The notes: generated by a model from the sequence alone, not told the origin. Counted from the stretch's first letter, positions 10,000-20,431 are shown. The stretch is 36,602 nucleotides of DNA from Octopus bimaculoides (GCF_001194135.2 NC_068982.1:184722777-184759378), one strand, 5' to 3'. Made by a program: numbers and translations.

Positions 10000-11622
10000 A
10001 TTAAGTACCATCAGCAATCCATGATATCCTGCTAAAAACTATACATACATACATACATACATACGTACATACATACATACGTGCATACCAAATTGGCTTG
10101 CTACAGCAAGGACAAATCTTGCTGCCAAAAATGAAATCACTGAGGAAACTACAGACCCATTGCTTGTCTAAACACTATGTACAAACTGTATACAGGTTAG
10201 CGTCAACCAATTCCTCCAGGACCATTGTGAGTCGAACAATTTGTGACTGGTGAAGAGGCTGGTGGAAGGAAGGGTATGTGGGGATGTGCCGAACAAATTT
10301 TAATAAACAAAGCTGTATTGTCTGAAGTAAGAAAACAACTCAGAAATCTTGTGACAGTATGGCTTGACTATAAGAAGGCATTCGACTCGATCCCTCATTT
10401 ATGGCTGTTGATGTAGCTACATCTAACAATGGTACCTACTATCTTAATTGCTGCTATAGAGAGACTCAGAGACTCACAGACATGGACAACTGTTCTTACC
10501 CTTACAACTGAGAACAGAATAATTGTTTCTAATAGTATAGGCATCTCAAAGGGAATATTCCAGGGAGATAGCCTTTCTGTACTTCTTTTCATTTTGGCAC
10601 AGAATCCATTATCGTTCCTACTGCAGAAAACAAATGGTTACATGCTAGGATCTTCAACTGCTAGAAATATCAATGTAACTCATAATTTCTTTGTAGACGA
10701 CCTCAAGATTTATGCTAGAAGTGTTAACGATGCCAAAATACAACTGGAATTAATAACATTTTCAGCTGATATAGGCATGGAATTTGGCCAAAAGAAATGT
10801 TCATATTTGGTTATAGAATGCGTAAAGTCAGTCCCCCAAACCCCAAACCTGTGCATCAACGGTCTCTCTATCTCCGCCATTCCACACAAAGAATGTTACA
10901 AGTACCTGGGTATAGATGAAAATATACCATATGAAGGCAATGTGAATAAAGAAAGAGCGACCCGAGAATATTACACCAGACTTAGGAAAATATGGCAGTC
11001 GGAACTCTCCTCTTACAACAAAACAATATCCCACAATGCATTCGCAGTACCAGTGCTGATCCCAACATTTAAGATACTTGATTTGCTGTAAAGGAAATCC
11101 ACTCCATAGATATCAAAACACGCAAAATCCTGACAACTGGGAACTTTCACAGAAACAGTGATGTTGACAGGCTCCACCTAAGAAGAAATGAAGGTGAGAG
11201 AGGCCTGAGATCAGTGCAGATGGCCTTCGAATGCTTTATGGTATCACTCAGGCAACACCTTCTAAACAATAGCAGCAAAAATAAATATATTAATGCATTG
11301 CTCTAATACAGCCCCAAAACAGCTGGACTCTCTTACCTCAGAGAAGACCCGGGTGGAAAGCATTCATCATACAAATAAAAAGACTATGCATGGGTATGTT
11401 GACCGGAAGCTTGAAGAAGACAGTAGAATTAACACGAAGCGCAGCCTCTCTTGGACACAAGATCACTACATCACATCACACTTTGAAGGCTATGCGTTTG
11501 TAATCCAGGAACAGGAGATTGCCACAAAGTACCTGGTGAACAAGAGAGACAGTGACGCTCTTGCGATCCCAAGGTGCAACCGCATGTGTAGGGTATGTTA
11601 TGTTTCTGTGTAAGATAATCAA
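10000..11622 (+). mobile_element. R4/Dong-clade non-LTR retrotransposon fragment (RT domain to start of the CCHC knuckle), truncated at both ends
   Basis: PNWLATARTNL, NYRPIACLNTMYKLYTG, GCAEQILINKAV, WLDYKKAFDSIPH, GIFQGDSLSVLLF, HNFFVDDLKIY, YKYLGIDE, RLHLRRNEGERGL, FEGYAFVIQEQEIATKY and CRVC. ORF 10429-11091 covers the RT core; several frameshifts and stops. Confidence 0.92.
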
Positions 11623-11634
11623 AAAATAGAAAAG

Positions 11635-11662
<28 letters not shown>

Positions 11663-11665
<3 letters not shown>

Positions 11666-11768
11666 ATAGGATGTGCAAAACATTCGCCGGGCTTACATTG
11701 CATCAACATTGACTCATTTCAATGATTTTTTCTAGCAATGACTCTGCTCATATACGAGAAAGCAACTA

Positions 11769-11770
<2 letters not shown>
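11663..11770 (+). mobile_element. Short 3' end of the same LINE family as 15470-15730
   Basis: aataggatgtgcaaaac...ctcatttcaatgattttttctagcaatgactctgctcatatacgagaaagcaact aligns with 15603-15725. Confidence 0.75.
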
Positions 11771-11803
<33 letters not shown>

Positions 11804-11930
11804 NNNNNNNNNNNNNNNNNNNNNNNNNNNNNNNNNNNNNNNNNNNNNNNNNNNNNNNNNNNNNNNNNNNNNNNNNNNNNNNNNNNNNNNNNNNNNNNNN
11901 NNNNNNNNNNNNNNNNNNNNATATATATAT

Positions 11931-12125
11931 GTTGTTGTACTTGGGGATGGTCATATTGCCAGTTTAGCCAATAAAAACACACGCACTGTATATTTGGTGT
12001 TAATTTGCTTCAGCTTTATGTTACATTAATCTTAATCTTATTTCGGCCAGAGTTCTTTCGTCACACTTCTGTGACCTCATCAGTGGTCCTTTGTTTCCTT
12101 CCTTCTTATGTGTGTCTCACCTTGC
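11931..12125 (-). mobile_element. Penelope-like terminal fragment carrying a hammerhead motif (family H2)
   Basis: Minus strand has a hammerhead motif followed by ...atatacagtgcgtgtgtttttattggc...atgaccatccccaagtacaac, homologous to 30907-30991 and 34624-34743. PLE assignment is inferred from the known association of minimal hammerheads with PLE pseudo-LTRs. Confidence 0.6.
12045..12089 (-). ncRNA. Minimal type-I hammerhead ribozyme motif
   Basis: GGACCA-CUGAUGA-G-GUCACA gaag UGUGAC-GAAA-GAAC-UC-UGGCC. Stem I is ACCA/UGGC with one mismatch, stem II is 6 bp with one extra G, and the triplet is CUC. Confidence 0.65.
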
Positions 12126-12204
12126 TAAATATCAGCCATTATATATATATATATATATGTACGTATGTATACACACACACATACACACACATACACAGAC
12201 ATAT

Positions 12205-12239
<35 letters not shown>

Positions 12240-12288
12240 CATACATACATTACACACACACGCACACACACACATATATATATACTCA

Positions 12289-12725
12289 AGGTGGTGCTCT
12301 AGCATAGCCGCAGTCAAATGACTGAAACAAGTGTGTGTGGTAGAAAGTTCGTTTCTCAACCACATGATTCTGGGTTCAGTCCCTCTACGTGACACCTTTG
12401 GCATGTGTCTTACTACAATAGCTCCGAGCCGACCAAAGCCTTGTGAGTGTATTTGGTAGAGGGAAACTGAAAGAAGCCCGTTGTATATCTATGTATACAT
12501 CTATGTGTCTGTCTCTTTGTGTTTGTGTTTATCCCCCGACTACCACCACTTGCCAACCGGTGTTGGCTTGTTTACGTCCCCATATCTGAACGGATCAGCA
12601 ATAAGAGACCGATGGAAATATGTACTAGTCTTTAAAAAATGTACCGGACTTGGTTTGTTCGACTAAAATTCTCTAAGGCGCTGCCCCAGCATGGCCTCAG
12701 TCAAATGACTGAAACAAATAAAATA
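12289..12725 (+). mobile_element. CORE-type tRNA SINE (family A, OR1/OR2-like): a 3' stub (12289-12331) followed by a full diverged copy
   Basis: B-box gggttcagtcc, CORE-like gacacctttggcatgtgtctt, ccgaccaaagccttgtgag, internal (TA/TG) tract and tail gcagtcaaatgactgaaacaa. The OR-family name comes from recollection of octopus CORE-SINEs. Confidence 0.85.
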
Positions 12726-12809
12726 TAGAAAATGCATAACAGTCGTGAATATCGAACCCGTTCCCCCACTTTTTGACTGCCATTTCCCAAATACAGAAAT
12801 ATAAAATCT

Positions 12810-13270
12810 TGGCCATAGATAATGCCATAGATGTTCACATCAAAAAATCGTTTGACAGATTCTGTCACAACTCTAGTTCGAACTCAACGCCGAACTCAAA
12901 TCCACGGAGATACATCAAAAATTCTTAGGTGATTGACAACATAATTGAACTGGAAATCGATCAAATTTACTATTTAAAGTCAATCAATCATCTAATCTTT
13001 CAGGCAGAAATGCACTCTGATTTTCTTTCCTTTTTCCTTTCATTTTTGTTTTCTTTCGTTTTTATAGATTATCCTGTCAATAGCTGTGAAAACAAATTGT
13101 ACTGGTACGCCGATAACTGCACTATTTGCCCGAAAGAGATGAGTAGATGAAATAGACTTAAAGCAACCAGTTTAAACAAATATTGTCAGGATGAAAGCTT
13201 GGGTGGCTGACTGGAATATCACATTTCAACCATCAAAGTACAAAGGAATGGTTTTATTAAGAAAAAGAAA
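12810..13270 (+). mobile_element. Highly decayed CR1/Jockey-like LINE RT fragment
   Basis: DVHIKKSFDRFCH (cf. DIxKAFDRVWH), IDYPVNSCENKLYWYADNCTI (cf. INDL..FADDxTL) and WVADWNITFQPSK (cf. W...W...FNPxK), in the correct order. Confidence 0.65.
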
Positions 13271-13577
13271 TCAATCAAACATTGAATAGCAGTTTGGGAA
13301 TTCAAAGCTATGAATATTTTCACACGCCATACGTATTGCATACTTCTGCACACACACATATGCTCCATGCGTAGCATACAATGCATGTATTTCCTACACG
13401 CCTTACGTACATTTCAATCGTAATATGCAATATACACATTTCACATACCGTATTCCCAACATGAATTTCATGCATGTTTAATACATACATTTTACAAAGG
13501 GCTCATAATAATATTCATGTCGTCATAGACATGTGATAAACACTTGTCATATACATGTATCAATCACCTACCTACAC

Positions 13578-13624
<47 letters not shown>

Positions 13625-13752
13625 ACAATTGCATTCATGTAATACACGTATCCCACACTATATAGATAGCGTCCTTTCTCGCCTTCCTTCCTTTCCTCTC
13701 TCTTTTTCTTCCTTCCGTCTCTCTCATACTCCGTCTCTTTCTCTCTCTTGTA

Positions 13753-13976
13753 TACGAGGGTGTGCTGAAAAGTTTCTGGCTTTCAGAATGTCGCGAAAGG
13801 CCTGGCTGGAGGCCCAAACTTCCGAGTTCTTCTACAGGGCTTAGAGAAACAGAAAGACCGCTTCAGCAAGTGTATGAATCAGAGAGATGGGGTTATGTTG
13901 AATAAAACCCAGAATTAACTGATCCTCCTTTATTTTATTTTACCTAAAGCCAAGAACTTTTTAACACCTTCTCGTT
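13753..13976 (+). mobile_element. Tc1/mariner-derived MITE
   Basis: TIRs tacgagggtgtgctgaaaagtttctggcttt (13753-13783) and aaagccaagaactttttaacaccttctcgtt (13946-13976), TA context. The interior encodes a decayed mariner C-terminus (FFYR..LEKQKDRFSKCMNQR..GYVE*). Confidence 0.85.
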
Positions 13977-14120
13977 TATAGTTTTAAAATAAGGAAAACA
14001 AGAAGACGAGGTGAAAGAACAACAGGCAGGTTGTATTAGGTTGATGCTCAGGAAAAAATGGAAGAAATGGAACATTTCGAGCTAACACGCACACATACGC
14101 GCGTGAGTGTGTAACGTATA

Positions 14121-14395
14121 GTTGTTGGCACTCCGTCGCTTACGACGTCGAGGGTTCCAGTTGATCCGATCAACGGAACAGCCTGCTCGTGAAATTAACG
14201 TGCAAGTGGCTGAGCACTCCACAGACACGTGTACCCTTAACGTAGTTCTCGGGGATATTCAGCGTGACACAGTGTGACAAGGCTGACCCTTTGAATTACA
14301 GGCACAACAGAAACAGGAAGTAAGAGTGAGAGAAAGTTGTAGTGGAAGAGAACAGCAAGGTTCGCCACCATCCCCTGCCGGAGCCTCGTGGAGCT
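14121..14395 (-). mobile_element. Family D SINE copy, 5' part lost in the gap
   Basis: Nearly identical to 2561-2835. Confidence 0.93.
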
Positions 14396-15142
14396 NNNNN
14401 NNNNNNNNNNNNNNNNNNNNNNNNNNNNNNNNNNNNNNNNNNNNNNNNNNNNNNNNNNNNNNNNNNNNNNNNNNNNNNNNNNNNNNNNNNNNNNNNNNNN
14501 NNNNNNNNNNNNNNNNNNNNNNNNNNNNNNNNNNNNNNNNNNNNNNNNNNNNNNNNNNNNNNNNNNNNNNNNNNNNNNNNNNNNNNNNNNNNNNNNNNNN
14601 NNNNNNNNNNNNNNNNNNNNNNNNNNNNNNNNNNNNNNNNNNNNNNNNNNNNNNNNNNNNNNNNNNNNNNNNNNNNNNNNNNNNNNNNNNNNNNNNNNNN
14701 NNNNNNNNNNNNNNNNNNNNNNNNNNNNNNNNNNNNNNNNNNNNNNNNNNNNNNNNNNNNNNNNNNNNNNNNNNNNNNNNNNNNNNNNNNNNNNNNNNNN
14801 NNNNNNNNNNNNNNNNNNNNNNNNNNNNNNNNNNNNNNNNNNNNNNNNNNNNNNNNNNNNNNNNNNNNNNNNNNNNNNNNNNNNNNNNNNNNNNNNNNNN
14901 NNNNNNNNNNNNNNNNNNNNNNNNNNNNNNNNNNNNNNNNNNNNNNNNNNNNNNNNNNNNNNNNNNNNNNNNNNNNNNNNNNNNNNNNNNNNNNNNNNNN
15001 NNNNNNNNNNNNNNNNNNNNNNNNNNNNNNNNNNNNNNNNNNNNNNNNNNNNNNNNNNNNNNNNNNNNNNNNNNNNNNNNNNNNNNNNNNNNNNNNNNNN
15101 NNNNNNNNNNNNNNNNNNNNNNNNNNNNNNATATATATATAT

Positions 15143-15313
15143 TACGTCTGCCGTTACGTTCTGGGTTCAAATTCCGCCGAGGTCGACTTTACCTTTCATC
15201 CTTTCGGTGTCGATAAATTAAGTACCAGTTACATACTGGGATCGATATAATCGACTTAATATCTTTATCTATCCTTGTTTGCCTCCTCTATGTTTAGCCC
15301 CTTGTGGACAATA
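15143..15313 (+). mobile_element. Family B SINE, 5' end in the gap, with an alternative 3' tail
   Basis: gggttcaaattccgccgaggtcgactttacctttcatcctttcgg...gataaattaagtaccag, then tail ctatgtttagccccttgtgg. Confidence 0.88.
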
Positions 15314-15469
15314 AATTTTTTTTTTTTTTAAACATAAATGACTACTGAGATATACAAATACGAACAAGTGCGTACAGTCACATTTATACAGAAATCTATA
15401 TTACATCCATCCATATATATATGTACGTACACATGCATGCATGTATGCATGTATGTATGTATGTTTGAG

Positions 15470-15730
15470 TATTGTTCACAACAGAACATGTGCAACCTGT
15501 GGAAAAGTGAGACTTTCAGTTGGAGGATCGAAAAGGCAAGTCAAAAAAATTCATACTGTGACACCCGTTCCCTCTGCCAGCCAACACAGCTGTTCGTTAT
15601 GTAATAGAATGTGCAAATCTTTGGCCAGGTTCAAAAGTCATACAAGGGCCTCACATTCCATCATCAATCACTCATTTCAATGATTCTTTCTAGCAATGGC
15701 TTTGCTCGTATACGAGAAAGCAGCTGCTAT
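15470..15730 (+). mobile_element. 5'-truncated LINE 3' end encoding two C2H2-like fingers, flanked on both sides by (ATGT)n
   Basis: CATCGKVRLSVGGSKRQVKKIH and CSLCNRMCKSLARFKSHTRASH, stop at 15681-15683, CTCG-tata-CGAG hairpin, then (TATG)n. Second copy of the 3' end at 11663. Confidence 0.65.
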
Positions 15731-15780
15731 GTATGTATGTATGCATGCATGCATGTATGTATGTATGTATGTATGTGTGC

Positions 15781-15849
<69 letters not shown>

Positions 15850-16763
15850 TAGAGAGGGAGCGAGAGAGAGAGAGAGATGACAAAATACTTTTATCTGCAT
15901 GTAGGCAGTCTGAATTCGAAGAATAAAAATTGAAAACATGCACAAATATATTCGTACTAAAATAACAATAAGTATGGATGTTTTAAAATATATAGATGAA
16001 TACGTGCGAGTTTCTTAATTATAAAAAATATTATGCGTATGTATGCGTGCCTTCATGTATGTATGCATATATGTTCGTAAAAATGTAAGCATGTATGTAT
16101 GCATGCATGTATGTCTATATGTATGTATGTATGCATGTATGTATGTATATAAGCAAGTATGTATGTATGTAAGCATGTATGTATGTATGTATGTAAATAA
16201 TATGGCTTTAAATTGGTGTGTGAGTTACGCTCAAAGCATTATAACGTATGAAATGGAACAGAAATTAGAAAGCCATCACAATGTGAATCCTCTAGACACC
16301 ATTTATTGAGTTCAGATCCATTGAATCCTGCCTCAACAACTAAGAGTCGTTTTTTTTTTTATATATTCCACAGTATTATTTGATAAAGATAAACATTATT
16401 TTTATTCAAAATTACATTGACACGGCTTTCAAATTTCTTTTCGATTTCATATGTTACAATGCTTCAAGCGTGACTCACACAGTAATATAAGACATACACG
16501 CGCATGCAATTCGCAGACGCATGCACATATGTACCCCCCCCCCACACACACACAAATCATACACGTGTGTTTGTATGCATGTATGCATGCATGTATTGTA
16601 TGTATGCCATATATCTTTATGCGAATATTTACCCATACACATGCAATTTTTTCAGTTTATATACACATGTATGTATGTATGTATGCATGCATGTATGTTT
16701 GTATGTATGTATGTATGTATGTATGTATGTATGTATGTATGTATGCATGTATATATGTGTGTA

Positions 16764-16820
16764 AAAGCTGACGAGAATGTATCGTAGCTCTTCACTCGCA
16801 TTCGAAACTCCGAGTACTTT
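16764..16820 (+). ncRNA. Type-I hammerhead ribozyme core (family H1), predicted cleavage after A16816
   Basis: AAAG-CUGACGA-GAAUG[19 nt]CAUUC-GAAA-CUC c GAG-UA-CUUU. All conserved core nucleotides are present, with stem I 4 bp, stem II 5 bp closed by G-C, a near-palindromic stem III and a GUA triplet. Confidence 0.8.
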
Positions 16821-16909
16821 AATGACAGCCTTTTACTGTTTGTTCTAAATTATAACATAAATAATCCTCTATTTCTCTAATATCGAGGCCTCATTCTTTT
16901 GTTGTTACA

Positions 16910-16912
<3 letters not shown>

Positions 16913-16973
<61 letters not shown>

Positions 16974-17134
16974 GTTGTTGTTCAGTAGTTTTATTTTTAT
17001 AACGTGCTTTCACTTCACTACCGAGCGCAGCTCTGTGCGCCTTGGGCATGTGCTGTGGTTTGCTGTGGTGCTCTTATGTTTACTGTATTGAAAGTGTTTT
17101 GCGTAGAATGTGTGCAGTACCCAGTAGTGCAATT
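16913..17134 (-). mobile_element. 3' terminus of an R4/Dong-clade retrotransposon running into (AAT)n
   Basis: Minus strand encodes IALLGTAHILRKTLSIQ* (cf. R4/Dong C-terminus LLGTAHILRKVL), about 100 nt of 3' UTR, (CAA)3, then (AAT)n at 16913-16973. The upstream part falls in gap 17135-18009. Confidence 0.82.
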
Positions 17135-18513
17135 NNNNNNNNNNNNNNNNNNNNNNNNNNNNNNNNNNNNNNNNNNNNNNNNNNNNNNNNNNNNNNNNNN
17201 NNNNNNNNNNNNNNNNNNNNNNNNNNNNNNNNNNNNNNNNNNNNNNNNNNNNNNNNNNNNNNNNNNNNNNNNNNNNNNNNNNNNNNNNNNNNNNNNNNNN
17301 NNNNNNNNNNNNNNNNNNNNNNNNNNNNNNNNNNNNNNNNNNNNNNNNNNNNNNNNNNNNNNNNNNNNNNNNNNNNNNNNNNNNNNNNNNNNNNNNNNNN
17401 NNNNNNNNNNNNNNNNNNNNNNNNNNNNNNNNNNNNNNNNNNNNNNNNNNNNNNNNNNNNNNNNNNNNNNNNNNNNNNNNNNNNNNNNNNNNNNNNNNNN
17501 NNNNNNNNNNNNNNNNNNNNNNNNNNNNNNNNNNNNNNNNNNNNNNNNNNNNNNNNNNNNNNNNNNNNNNNNNNNNNNNNNNNNNNNNNNNNNNNNNNNN
17601 NNNNNNNNNNNNNNNNNNNNNNNNNNNNNNNNNNNNNNNNNNNNNNNNNNNNNNNNNNNNNNNNNNNNNNNNNNNNNNNNNNNNNNNNNNNNNNNNNNNN
17701 NNNNNNNNNNNNNNNNNNNNNNNNNNNNNNNNNNNNNNNNNNNNNNNNNNNNNNNNNNNNNNNNNNNNNNNNNNNNNNNNNNNNNNNNNNNNNNNNNNNN
17801 NNNNNNNNNNNNNNNNNNNNNNNNNNNNNNNNNNNNNNNNNNNNNNNNNNNNNNNNNNNNNNNNNNNNNNNNNNNNNNNNNNNNNNNNNNNNNNNNNNNN
17901 NNNNNNNNNNNNNNNNNNNNNNNNNNNNNNNNNNNNNNNNNNNNNNNNNNNNNNNNNNNNNNNNNNNNNNNNNNNNNNNNNNNNNNNNNNNNNNNNNNNN
18001 NNNNNNNNNTATATATATATATATATGTAGGTTAGTACGATTATTGTCCTGGTATCAGAAGTTATTAAGCTTCAAGCATGTATACAGTTTGTATAAATGT
18101 CAAAACGTAGACAATATACGATATGAGGAGTTTATTAGCCATCGTAAGTTACACAATTCGTCCCATATTGAAATCAAAGGAAATTTCGATAAGCTGACGG
18201 TCACCATACATCTGACGAATTCCTAAAAGTGCAAAGACACACACACAAACACACAAACACACACACATACATGTGCGTGTATACATTTATGCCTCTGTGA
18301 GTGCCTGTGTGTGTGTCTGTGTATATATAGTGAATCTCGATGCAGATAATGCTACATAAATAATAGCGTGAAAATATTGGGTTAAACTTCCTTTGGATAT
18401 AAAATCATAATATTTATACGCTATTATTTATGACTTTATCAACTTCGAGATTCACCGTTCAAAAAACAAATATTTCACATTCTCGAAGTTTCTCAATTCT
18501 CATGTGAGTGGAG

Positions 18514-18514
18514 T

Positions 18515-18598
<84 letters not shown>
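18514..18598. repeat. (GT)n(GA)n compound microsatellite
   Basis: Read directly. Confidence 0.95.
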
Positions 18599-18599
<1 letters not shown>

Positions 18600-19734
18600 T
18601 TGAAAACTGTTGTTAGCGATGTTAGTTAATGAAAGTAGCTGTAGATAATGGGAAACAATAAGGAATCGACGGTGAAGAATTTAGTTTTCTTTTTCTGGAC
18701 CAGCTATTGTAATTTGTTCGCAAGGGCTGTAAGTTGAAGCCCAACATAATGCACTTGTATCTGGTATGAAAATAAAAGTTGTATCACATCGTGTTAGGAT
18801 TCGTTAAAGCGTTACAAATGCAGTCATACCCTGGGAGAATATGATACATAAATTATGTGTTTGATTTCGTTCTATAGTTATTCAAAGTGTTTTCTGTAGG
18901 CATTTGACATATAGACATAAAGCATTCTAACACATTTTCAGTAATTCTAATAACATATTTACAATGGAAATGTGGAGAAGTAAACCTGTATTTTCAAGAG
19001 TACGGTCATTTTTCGACACATGACACTTATATTATTAAAGAAAAGCTGGTCTACGTCTGTCTGTCTGTCTATTTATCTGTCCGTTTGTCTGTCCGTAGCA
19101 ACATCTGCGTAGAGAGAGGGAAGGAGAGGAAGAGAAAATGTTGAGGGAGAGAGCGTAGGTGAAAAATAGATAAATAGGTAGTATTGTCACCTTAGTAACT
19201 GACAAGTTTTCATTTTTAATTAACGTTGCGGGAGTTTGAAGTGTAAGGCTGTCAACACAACACAACACAGACTCCCCCCCCCNNNNNNNNNNNNNNNNNN
19301 NNNNNNNNNNNNNNNNNNNNNNNNNNNNNNNNNNNNNNNNNNNNNNNNNNNNNNNNNNNNNNNNNNNNNNNNNNNNNNNNNNNNNNNNNNNNNNNNNNNN
19401 NNNNNNNNNNNNNNNNNNNNNNNNNNNNNNNNNNNNNNNNNNNNNNNNNNNNNNNNNNNNNNNNNNNNNNNNNNNNNNNNNNNNNNNNNNNNNNNNNNNN
19501 NNNNNNNNNNNNNNNNNNNNNNNNNNNNNNNNNNNNNNNNNNNNNNNNNNNNNNNNNNNNNNNTATATATATATATATATATATATATATCAAAATAAGC
19601 AGTAAGGATATCCAGAGGTAATGCTGTACGATCGTTTCATGCAACTCCATTTAATTGAACAATGTAATCATTACATCAATTTAAAATGCAGAGCAATCCT
19701 CAGCTGCACAAAGACTGTTGCCGCTGAGGATTGC

Positions 19735-19767
<33 letters not shown>

Positions 19768-19954
19768 CAGTATATCTTTCAACAACGCAAAACAGATTTT
19801 AAGAAAAAAAAAACTTTCACTTTCAACAATTTATGAAGGTAAGTGTATGATTAACAAATATTTTTACCGGCAGTGTAGCGACGGATGATTAACTTGGTAA
19901 AAATGATATATAACAACTCAGAAACAGAATCGGTGACAAGTGTATAACAACATT

Positions 19955-20302
19955 TTGTTGGCACTCCGTCGCTTACGAAGTCGAGGGTTCAGGTTGATCC
20001 GATCAGCGGAACAGCCTGCTCGTGAAATTGACGTGCAAATGGCTGAACACTCCACAGACGCGTGTACCCTTAACGTAGTTCTCGGGGATATTCAGCGTGA
20101 CACAGTGTGACAAGGCTGGCCCTTTGAATTACAGGCACAACAGAAACAGGAAGTGAGAGTGAGAGAAAGTTGTGGTGAAAGAGTACAGCAGGGTTCGCTA
20201 CCATCCCCTGCCGGGGCCTCATGGAGCTTTAGGTGTTTTCGCTCAATAAACATTCACAACGCCCGGTCTGGGAATCGAAACCGCGATCCTATGACCGCGA
20301 GT
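19955..20302 (-). mobile_element. Family D SINE, 5'-truncated (A box missing), with a 12-bp flanking direct repeat
   Basis: Matches 2560-2910. agtgtataacaa at 19939-19950 and 20300-20311. Confidence 0.93.
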
Positions 20303-20431
20303 GTATAACAAAATATATCGTCTCTACAGATGTTCCTACCTAAGACTGCTCCTTCAGTACTTACCTATGTGGAATTTATACCTTTTCAATAACCAAAAAA
20401 TTCAGAAAAAATATTTTAAAAAATATATTAA

